Both the position numbers and the translations under genes were made by a program. A stretch of DNA of 64,000 bases from Pseudomonadota bacterium. Its GTDB lineage: Bacteria; Babelota; Babeliae; Babelales; CAIQNR01. The stretch is taken from assembly GCA_027487215.1 (NCBI GenBank), contig JAIYDZ010000006.1, forward strand, positions 69,366 to 133,365, in the 5' to 3' direction. The notes under the pieces were generated by a model. The model was not told the DNA's origin. It ran no database searches and saw nothing but the letters and a program-made list of their open reading frames with translations. This document shows, piece by piece, positions 40,853-48,480 of the stretch (the first letter of the stretch is position 1; each line of letters starts with the position of its first letter).

Positions 40853-43800
40853 CAGTTTTGACCAATTTCATGCCCAACTCAGATAAAAAAGAAGAAGAAA
40901 AAGCTCCCTCTTCTTGTTTGGCTCCCCAGCAAGAAGAACCTAAACCACAACATACTAAACCAACTGCAAAAGAATTAAAAAAGGCCCGACGAAAAAAAGA
41001 ACAAGAAGAATTGGCATTATTGGACGCTGCAGCTGCAAAAGTTGCTCAAGAAAAAATTGAATCAGATAAGCGATTTTTTGCTCAAATCGTAAAAAGCGCT
41101 CAAACAAAACGAATAGTCTATCATCAAGGTCCTGAGATAACACGGTTATTTGGACAGGCAGAAGAATACCGAAAAAAAGAATCTTACAACGAGGCGCTTT
41201 TAGTCTATGAACAACTTCTGACTCATTCACTCAATCAACGAGATAAAGTGAGAGCGCAAGTAAATTGTTTAGAAGTACAGTATCGCCTCAACCGTTTGCC
41301 AGAAATGTGTAAAAGCTATCTTTCACAATTAAAAGAACTTGAAAAAGAGCTAGAAAAATTAGGAGAAACAGACCGTCCACAAAAAGAAATAAACGGACTT
41401 ACTGCGCTATTGCTCATTGAAACGGGCACTCCATCTGAAAAAGAAATTACAGATCTTACTAAGAACTGTTCGATTGAAGTACAAGATCTTGCTTGCTGCA
41501 CCATGATTGAAAAAGGCTGTATACCAGGAGTTGTTACTTGTGGGCTTAATGAGCCTCACGCAGGACCGTGCTCCCATAGCTATCTTTTAGAAAAACTGAG
41601 CGAATCAACAAGCTCTGTTGCCACTTATAGATGTGCTCTTTTAGAAGTAAATGGGTTAGGAATTTCTCCAGAAGAACAAAAGAAAAAACAGGCTCAAGGA
41701 GAAGAAAAGCTTACAGGTTTAAAAACAAGTGATGCCTATCACGCACTTGCAAGACATCTTTGTAAAAACAAAGATCAAGAAAGTTTAACACGGGCCCAAA
41801 AATTTTTTAAAAAAGCATGTCAAAAAAATGGATCTGAAAGAGCATTTGTTGATTTCGTAGGCTTACAACTTCTTCATTTTACTTCTGAACTCTCTGATAT
41901 CAACTTTTGCCTTAATGCCCTTTTTTCAAGAAAAAATGTATTAACCGATGAAAACAAAACAGCTCTTATTGACAATATCACCCTCTTTTTAAATGAAAGA
42001 GAAAACGAGATTTCAGCGTGGGAAGATGCTCGCTATGAAAAATCAGGCAAAATAGCTGACTGCGCAAACAGTTTTGTCAGACTTCTTAATTTTTGGATAA
42101 TAGAACCTTCTGTGCAAAAAACACAAAGCAAAGAATATCTTGTAAAAATTCAAAAAATGAAAGAAAACCTTACTCTTAAGTATGGAACTTTTAGACTGTC
42201 AAACAACGGAGTTCTTTATACTGTTGATAATATAACTGCTCCTGAAATTATGATTAGAAATGCAGAAGAATTACAATCAATTGCCCCGCTGATTGCTACA
42301 CATTTATTCAGAAAATCTCTTCTTCTTTTGACAGATGATCAAAAAACAGAACAAGAAAAATGTGTAAAAGGTCTTTTAACGGTACGTCTAGAAACAAGTA
42401 AGTCGGAGATGGAACTTGAAGCCCATCGTGTAGGATCTTATTGGGCAAAAAAACTTGGACTTAATAAAAAACTTTTAATACAGATAACTAACTGCGCATT
42501 GTACCATTTTAACAAAAGTAGTGTACAGTCAATTCCTTTTTCTCAATCTTCACCTTCAATATTTTTAGAGTTACTAGAGAATTTAAAGAGTGAAGATGAA
42601 ACAATTAAACAAAAAATAGAAGATGTTTTTAAAGTTATACGATCAAAACAAGCAGAATCTGGTCAATTTGATACTCAATGCGGAACAAAATTTTGTCCTC
42701 ATAAACTTGTCGAAGTAAATGCTGAAAACTATGGAAATCTCGATCAGGAAAAAATTACAGAACTTGCCGATCTTCATTGTCAAAAGATGAGTGATCCAAA
42801 CCACTCCTCTGAGTGTCTTTTTAGACCAAGTTTTGACAAAGCAGAAAAACATTACAGAAGCCTTACTCCACTACGATCTGGAAAAATTAATCTTGCGCTC
42901 TTTTTATTATTTTATAAAGACGCTCCACATGAAGATGGAACTTCCCGCACACCAAAAGAAGTTGCTGCCCGTTGTGCTGAAGCACACTCAATACTTGACC
43001 CACTACACAGAGGATCCTCTGATCCAGAAGATAAAGCTCTAGAATGCGTTAAACAGTTTCTCAACTATGAAAACTTTTCATTACAAGAAAAAGCTCAATT
43101 TTTCCAAAAATTAGTTGAATGCTCTGAGTCTGACACGGCACAAAGGTTTCTTCACTTTTTTGCCGAAAAAAATCTTTCTGATACTTTCATGAAAAATATT
43201 TTCGCTGAATATGAAACAAACTATGAAATAGATTTTAGCCAAGATAAAGACCAACCTTCAGATTTTGCTACCCTGTTAGATCAAACTGATTCCTTTTTAA
43301 CACTCTTTGGAAACGTTTTACCGCGAGACACTTTAAACAGATTTGCTACAACAACTGTACAAAGATTGACTGACATTAATGAGTCTTTAAGTAATCCGGA
43401 ATATAGTCGTTTTGACAATGAATTTAAAAGTATAAGAGGAAAACTAGAAACTATTATTCAAAAAATTTTAATACAACGTTTTAATGGCGCAATTCAAGAT
43501 TTATGCAATCCATTAATGGCGTATGATCAAAGTGTAGAGATTGACCAGCAAGCTTTCTCTGAACCATTCAACAGGATGGTACACATGGTAATAAATAATC
43601 CTGCTCAACTTTCTTCAGAGCATGCTGAAATGTTTTGTAGACTTGCACTTGTCATTTCTAATGGAGCTGATGATAAACTTGAAAGAGCAATTGATATTTA
43701 TCGAAAATTTAATACACAATGGCCCTCCCACAGTGTCGATTCAATTCAGGAAAAAATGATCCAAATTATACAAAATGCTGTAGATAAATTTGATCAAAAT

Positions 43801-44559
43801 GTTGACTTAGACAAAAAAACTTCTTTAAGACACCTTCATAGTCTTATAGTGCTTTTTGAAACACTTAAAGACACCAATCCTCATAAAAAAAGAATTCACG
43901 CTTCTCTTGTTAATAGATTTGTCACTCACGTTGAGAAGCTTAAAAGACTCACTCATCCATCCTTTATTGAAAGTGTAACAATGCATACTCTTTCTTCATT
44001 TCTTCTTGAACCAGAAAAAGTATGGCCAACTCTCCCTGAATGTTTAAATGAGAATATGTTTGATTTTGATCAGTCAGAGTTGGAAAACCTTCACTTGGCA
44101 ACAAGTCTCTTTGTCCGACTAAAATCCACCGGAGATGAAAAGCAAAAACTATTTTTTATCAGTGCTGCACGCAGCTTCATGAAAAAACTTCCAGAGTTTG
44201 TAGCTTATTACACAGATGAAGAAAGACAAAAAGCTATGAACTCAGCTCAAAATACTCTCTATGTTGGTACAATTTTTGAACTACTAATTAAGTGTTTAGA
44301 GATTGATCATACTCTTATTAGCCCCCAACTGATTGTCGACAATACTACGAGTCTTATAGAGGCTCAAACTCGTTGGGCTAACCATGAAACTCCAGAAAGC
44401 CTTGGAGCAATAACTTCATATACTAAAAATCTTTGTCAAAAACTTGCCAAGCAGATTCTTGAGATTTACCAGAACCTCAAAAAAGACGAAAAAGTACCCG
44501 CTGAAACACTTGATGCGTGGAAAAAGGCATATGCAATAATTTTAAAATTAAGTATGTAA
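39344..44559 (+). CDS. reconstructed full-length member 4 (~1738 aa); requires a -1 shift at 40714-40720 (programmed, phase-variable, pseudogene or sequencing error)
   Basis: Only the fusion reproduces the full module order of members 2 and 3. See the two component ORFs and the slippery site. Confidence 0.6.
40714..40720 (+). other. candidate -1 frameshift / homopolymer slippage site A_AAA_AAC
   Basis: Zero-frame codons are GAA AAA AAC (40712-40720) on an A7 run (40713-40719). A -1 slip continues ...IEKK RLQPEQNKKEKEQKRLSEEAAAREGQ... into ORF 40858-44559 without a stop. Confidence 0.55.
40858..44559 (+). CDS. paralog family member 4, C-terminal ORF (K/E module to helical region)
   Basis: 1233 aa from a TTG with no SD. 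The frame is open upstream to 40624. Carries ELALLDAAAAKVA motif, C-x5-H-x3-C-x-H knuckle (41539-41580) and a long helical region. It lacks a signal peptide of its own. Confidence 0.75.
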   Translation: MTNFMPNSDKKEEEKAPSSCLAPQQEEPKPQHTKPTAKELKKARRKKEQEELALLDAAAAKVAQEKIESDKRFFAQIVKSAQTKRIVYHQGPEITRLFGQAEEYRKKESYNEALLVYEQLLTHSLNQRDKVRAQVNCLEVQYRLNRLPEMCKSYLSQLKELEKELEKLGETDRPQKEINGLTALLLIETGTPSEKEITDLTKNCSIEVQDLACCTMIEKGCIPGVVTCGLNEPHAGPCSHSYLLEKLSESTSSVATYRCALLEVNGLGISPEEQKKKQAQGEEKLTGLKTSDAYHALARHLCKNKDQESLTRAQKFFKKACQKNGSERAFVDFVGLQLLHFTSELSDINFCLNALFSRKNVLTDENKTALIDNITLFLNERENEISAWEDARYEKSGKIADCANSFVRLLNFWIIEPSVQKTQSKEYLVKIQKMKENLTLKYGTFRLSNNGVLYTVDNITAPEIMIRNAEELQSIAPLIATHLFRKSLLLLTDDQKTEQEKCVKGLLTVRLETSKSEMELEAHRVGSYWAKKLGLNKKLLIQITNCALYHFNKSSVQSIPFSQSSPSIFLELLENLKSEDETIKQKIEDVFKVIRSKQAESGQFDTQCGTKFCPHKLVEVNAENYGNLDQEKITELADLHCQKMSDPNHSSECLFRPSFDKAEKHYRSLTPLRSGKINLALFLLFYKDAPHEDGTSRTPKEVAARCAEAHSILDPLHRGSSDPEDKALECVKQFLNYENFSLQEKAQFFQKLVECSESDTAQRFLHFFAEKNLSDTFMKNIFAEYETNYEIDFSQDKDQPSDFATLLDQTDSFLTLFGNVLPRDTLNRFATTTVQRLTDINESLSNPEYSRFDNEFKSIRGKLETIIQKILIQRFNGAIQDLCNPLMAYDQSVEIDQQAFSEPFNRMVHMVINNPAQLSSEHAEMFCRLALVISNGADDKLERAIDIYRKFNTQWPSHSVDSIQEKMIQIIQNAVDKFDQNVDLDKKTSLRHLHSLIVLFETLKDTNPHKKRIHASLVNRFVTHVEKLKRLTHPSFIESVTMHTLSSFLLEPEKVWPTLPECLNENMFDFDQSELENLHLATSLFVRLKSTGDEKQKLFFISAARSFMKKLPEFVAYYTDEERQKAMNSAQNTLYVGTIFELLIKCLEIDHTLISPQLIVDNTTSLIEAQTRWANHETPESLGAITSYTKNLCQKLAKQILEIYQNLKKDEKVPAETLDAWKKAYAIILKLSM

Positions 44560-44590
44560 CTGCGATCTAGAAGCTTTCTTGAAATATGAT

Positions 44591-45259
44591 CTACTGACTT
44601 AAAAACCCTTGAATAATGAGGAGTCTTGCATAAGATTCCTCAATTCCTTTGAGCTGTAATGCCGTAATATCATCTTGATCAATAGGGCACAATGCGCTGG
44701 CATGACCACACACTACCTGATCATGAAGAACTTGAAGACTTGGAATTGAAGTAACATGCGCCGTAGGATCAAGCAATAAAACTTTATGCTCTTGCTGAGC
44801 ACGGGCATTAAGTGATGATGGCTCTAAACGAATAAGTCCCTCAAACGAATGAGTTGATTTTTTATCAGCAGTGGCACGAACAGAGACTACGCTTTCAGTA
44901 TCAACCCCTTCATGAATCTGCTCAGTTATAACACTCTGGTTACAATGTTGACCCGTTGAAATAATAGCTTTAAAAGAACCAAAAGCAGATTTACCCATAA
45001 GTTCTAATACGACCTTAAGGACAAAATCTGCACCCTCTTTACTGGTACACATCATCTGCGCATTACCATACTCATGCACTCTAAAATATACGGTTAAATC
45101 TACAGAATCTTTGTGCGTATGAGTATAGAGCACAGAAACTGATGCTGATTTTAAAACCTCAACAGTAAGAGTTCCTGAATAGTACTGTGAAAGATCAATC
45201 GTTTGGGCAGCTCCTGCCGCAATAATAAAGTGCTTATCCAACCGAACCCTCCATTTCAT
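44591..45259 (-). CDS. sufD: SufD-like Fe-S assembly protein (short form)
   Basis: C-terminal DQDDITALQLKGIEESYARLLIIQGFL matches the SufB/SufD C-terminal block, and it sits after sufB. About 222 aa from ATG 45259 (the ORF track extends to 45322). This is much shorter than the usual ~430 aa. Confidence 0.7.
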   Translation of the reverse strand: MKWRVRLDKHFIIAAGAAQTIDLSQYYSGTLTVEVLKSASVSVLYTHTHKDSVDLTVYFRVHEYGNAQMMCTSKEGADFVLKVVLELMGKSAFGSFKAIISTGQHCNQSVITEQIHEGVDTESVVSVRATADKKSTHSFEGLIRLEPSSLNARAQQEHKVLLLDPTAHVTSIPSLQVLHDQVVCGHASALCPIDQDDITALQLKGIEESYARLLIIQGFLSQ

Positions 45260-46610
45260 AGGCAATGAGTCTATTAATCTCCACTGCATATTCCATAGGG
45301 AGCTCTTTGACAAACACCTCAAGAAAATTATTTACAATAAAGGCACTTGCTTCTTGAGCCGTAAAACCACGCGACATCAAATAAAAAAGTTGTTCTTCAT
45401 TGATATTGCTGACAGTTGCCTCATGCTCAACACTTACTCGCTCACCTTTAACATCAATAACAGGATAGGTATCTGATCGGGCTGTTTTATCAAGTAACAG
45501 CGCATCACACTGAGTACGAATTTTGACATTATGCGCATTTGGCGCAACTTTAACCAAACCCCGATAACTGGCATTGCCACCCTTTTTACTAATCGATTTG
45601 GCAATAATATGTGACTTGGTATGGGGCGCAAGATGAATCATTTTTGCACCGGTATCCTGATGTTGACCTTGCCCTGCTACTCCAATTGAAATAACCTGCC
45701 CGCTGGCACCTTCTTCCTTAAGAACAATGCACGGATATTTCATCGTGGCTTTGCTACCAAAATTTCCATCAACCCAATCGACGCGTGCGTTTCTATACGC
45801 AACTGCACGTTTGGTCACCAGGTTATAAACATTTTGTGACCAGTTTTGAATCGTAGTATATCGGACATACGAATCTTGAAGAGCAATAACTTCCACAACA
45901 GCACTATGTAAAGAATTGGAACGATAAACAGGGGCACTGCATCCTTCAACATAGGTCACAGCACTTCCAGGTTGCGCAATAATCAACGTTCTTTCAAATT
46001 GCCCCATTCGAGGTTGATCAATCCTAAAATAAGCCTGTAATGGCATCGTTACTTTCACTCCGGCAGGAACATACACAAAACTTCCGCCACTCCATACGGC
46101 TGAATTAAGTGCCGCAAATTTATTGTCATGCGCGGGAATAACGGTGGCAAAATATTTTCTTACCAGTTCAGAATGATCTTTAACTGCATCATCCATTGAA
46201 CAAAAAATAACGCCCTGATCACTCCACTCTTTTTGTAAACTTTTATAGACAACCTCAGATTCAAACTGAGCACCTACGCCTGCAAGAATCTGTTGTTCTG
46301 CTTGAATAATACCCAGCGCATCAAATGTTTTACGAATAGAATCGGGAATATCATCCCATGAGCGTTGAACCTGATCGAGCGGTTTAACATAGTAATGAAT
46401 ATCGTCCATAGGAAGATCAGAAAGATCAACTCCCCAGGTTGGCATCGCTTTCTTTTCAAAAACGGCAAGTGCCTCTAAACGAAAATCGAGCATCCACTGA
46501 GGTTCTCCCTTACTACGGGACATCTCAGTGATCATCTGACTACTTAATCCGGGCGGCGCGACAAAGAGTGATTTATGATGTGATGAACTGTTCATACCCA
46601 TCCTTTGCAA
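45234..46610 (-). CDS. sufB: Fe-S cluster assembly protein SufB
   Basis: 458 aa with full-length SufB-like sequence (…YVPAGVKVTMPLQAYFRI…, …KHEATVSNINEEQLFYLMSRGFTAQEASAFIVNNF…). The likely real start is ATG 46595 (AAGGA-N5-ATG) inside the sufC 3' end. Confidence 0.94.
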   Translation of the reverse strand: MQRMGMNSSSHHKSLFVAPPGLSSQMITEMSRSKGEPQWMLDFRLEALAVFEKKAMPTWGVDLSDLPMDDIHYYVKPLDQVQRSWDDIPDSIRKTFDALGIIQAEQQILAGVGAQFESEVVYKSLQKEWSDQGVIFCSMDDAVKDHSELVRKYFATVIPAHDNKFAALNSAVWSGGSFVYVPAGVKVTMPLQAYFRIDQPRMGQFERTLIIAQPGSAVTYVEGCSAPVYRSNSLHSAVVEVIALQDSYVRYTTIQNWSQNVYNLVTKRAVAYRNARVDWVDGNFGSKATMKYPCIVLKEEGASGQVISIGVAGQGQHQDTGAKMIHLAPHTKSHIIAKSISKKGGNASYRGLVKVAPNAHNVKIRTQCDALLLDKTARSDTYPVIDVKGERVSVEHEATVSNINEEQLFYLMSRGFTAQEASAFIVNNFLEVFVKELPMEYAVEINRLIAYEMEGSVG

Positions 46611-47307
46611 TCTTTGTAAGAATAGTTACATCACCTGAGGCAACAAGCTTTCCCTCTTTCATGACAAGCACGGTATCAGTAGGCACATAGGGAAGAATAT
46701 TTTGATAATGAGTTACGAGTAAAACCGTGGTAGTAGGATGCTGAGTAAGATACCATTGTAATGCAGTCCCAATAGATTTTAAGGCATCCACATCAAGACC
46801 AGAATCAATCTCATCAAGAAGTATCACTTGTGGTTGTAACACCAGTAACTGCAATAGTTCACAACGTTTTTTTTCACCGCCTGAAAATCCTTGATGCACT
46901 GATCGCTCAAGAAACTGAGGGCTACATTGCAAAAGATCACAAGCTTGAGCAACACGACGATCATATTCGCTTGGTAAAAGACGCGGATTAAGGGCACGAA
47001 AACTTTCTTTAAGAAGAGTGCTGACTGAAATCCCCGGCAATGCGTGTGGGGTCTGAACACTTAAAAAGAATCCTAAACGAGCCCGTTTATCAGGACTGAG
47101 TGTAGTAATATCTTGTGAATTATAAGTTATTGAACCGTGAGTAACAGTATAAGCAGGATGACCTGCCAGCGCATTAAGCAGTGAACTTTTTCCAGAACCA
47201 TTAGGCCCCATTAACACAGTAACAGTACCCGGCTTAAGACTAAAGGATACCTGTGATACCACAGAAACATCCCCAACAGAAAGTGAAAGTGATGAAACGG
47301 CAACCAC
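46573..47307 (-). CDS. sufC: Fe-S cluster assembly ATPase SufC
   Basis: Walker A GPNGSGKSS, signature FSGGEKKR and Walker B ILLDEIDSGLD. I moved the start to GTG 47307 (SD AGGGAGGG). That gives 33 residues before GPNGSGKS, the spacing I recall for E. coli SufC (from memory, unverified). The ORF track extends to GTG 47361. Confidence 0.93.
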   Translation of the reverse strand: MVAVSSLSLSVGDVSVVSQVSFSLKPGTVTVLMGPNGSGKSSLLNALAGHPAYTVTHGSITYNSQDITTLSPDKRARLGFFLSVQTPHALPGISVSTLLKESFRALNPRLLPSEYDRRVAQACDLLQCSPQFLERSVHQGFSGGEKKRCELLQLLVLQPQVILLDEIDSGLDVDALKSIGTALQWYLTQHPTTTVLLVTHYQNILPYVPTDTVLVMKEGKLVASGDVTILTKIAKDGYEQFITS

Positions 47308-47393
47308 CAGATAACCCTCCCTAGACGACAATTGAACGATCAAATCAGTATAACAGGGCACTGACTCTTGGCAAGAAGTTATCTAATTTGAGC

Positions 47394-48326
47394 TTATACT
47401 GAAATAAACTTTACCTCTTTTTCTTTAAGGGACTGGGCACCCTCATCTTTTTCTAACGATTTCTCTGCAAGTCTGGCAGCAACGGCAGCATTAAAAACCA
47501 TTTGCGACTGTTTTTCACTTTTGCCACCACTGTCTTGATCTTCTTTAGTGAAAGAATGTCGGTGTTTTGCACGGTAAAAAGGCGGCAAATCGCCGTCCGC
47601 AAAATCTGGGCAACTGCTTAACTGGAGAATTTGACGCCTTAAACTAGCTACCTCTTTTGCAAGTTGTTCAATTGTTTTTTCTTTTTTCTGCAGCTGATGA
47701 AAATTATGTTGACTGCAATCTTGCGACGCTGGAAGCTGAGATTTCAAATTATTGTTTTCTACAAAATATCTTCGATTTTTAGCTTCTAAAAGACGATTGG
47801 TTTCTCTTAACTTCTTAATATCATCTAAGCAGGTGCCTTGACCCTCCCCATGATAGGGATCTCTAACTTCAATAGTTGCCTGAACACTGGGCTGAAGACG
47901 CTTGATTGTAACTTTTAAGCGCTGTTGAAAATCTAAATCATCTTCAATATCTCTCACTGCAGCTTGAGTACCCTGCTCAAAAGCTTGAGACATCTGCTTA
48001 TCAAAACTTTGTAAAAGCACATCAACTGTCCCTATTTCCTGAATTTCAGGAAAACAAACTCTACTTTTTGGCAAGAGAGATTGCAATTGTGTGCGAACAG
48101 TTTCACTTTTTGCCGGGAACACAATAAAAATATTTGCCTGAGCGTAAGCTTCTCTTCTTGACTCTACATCATCTACTGGAGATGCAGAGGAAAAAAAAGC
48201 ATCCCAAAAAGAAAGTTTCTCTTTGGTAAAAGGATTTTTAACAAGAGGCTGTAAAGTCGGTGATTCTGCTGCAAAATAACTATTTACTTTAAAAATCATA
48301 ATCAGAAAAAGAAATCGATATATCAT
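47394..48326 (-). CDS. hypothetical secreted coiled-coil protein
   Basis: 310 aa. Signal MIYRFLFLIMIFKVNSYFAAE. Central heptad-like helices (NRLLEAKNRRYFVENNNLKSQL, IEQLAKEVASLRRQILQL). Confidence 0.55.
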   Translation of the reverse strand: MIYRFLFLIMIFKVNSYFAAESPTLQPLVKNPFTKEKLSFWDAFFSSASPVDDVESRREAYAQANIFIVFPAKSETVRTQLQSLLPKSRVCFPEIQEIGTVDVLLQSFDKQMSQAFEQGTQAAVRDIEDDLDFQQRLKVTIKRLQPSVQATIEVRDPYHGEGQGTCLDDIKKLRETNRLLEAKNRRYFVENNNLKSQLPASQDCSQHNFHQLQKKEKTIEQLAKEVASLRRQILQLSSCPDFADGDLPPFYRAKHRHSFTKEDQDSGGKSEKQSQMVFNAAVAARLAEKSLEKDEGAQSLKEKEVKFISV

Positions 48327-48412
48327 CTTTCCCCCTTACATGCCTTTTTATAGATACCTCTAAGTGTGATGCACTGCCCAAGCTGATTACAATACTTAAA
48401 AATACTTATTTC

Positions 48413-48452
48413 AAAAAAAACTACGCCCACGAAAAACGCAAGCGTAGTTTTT
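48413..48452 (-). terminator. probable rho-independent terminator after ORF 48481-49764
   Basis: On the minus strand: AAAAACTACGC - 15-nt loop - GCGTAGTTTTT followed by more T. The GC core is only 6 bp. Confidence 0.55.
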
Positions 48453-48480
48453 ACTTAAAGTACAGTTCGGAATCTGTGTA

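Noticed and set aside
29039-44590. Interpreting the paralog array as a mobile genomic island, prophage or ICE
   Set aside because: It has no integrase, transposase, recombinase or phage genes. No tRNA lies at either border and I could find no flanking direct or inverted repeats. It looks like in-situ family expansion, not a mobile element.
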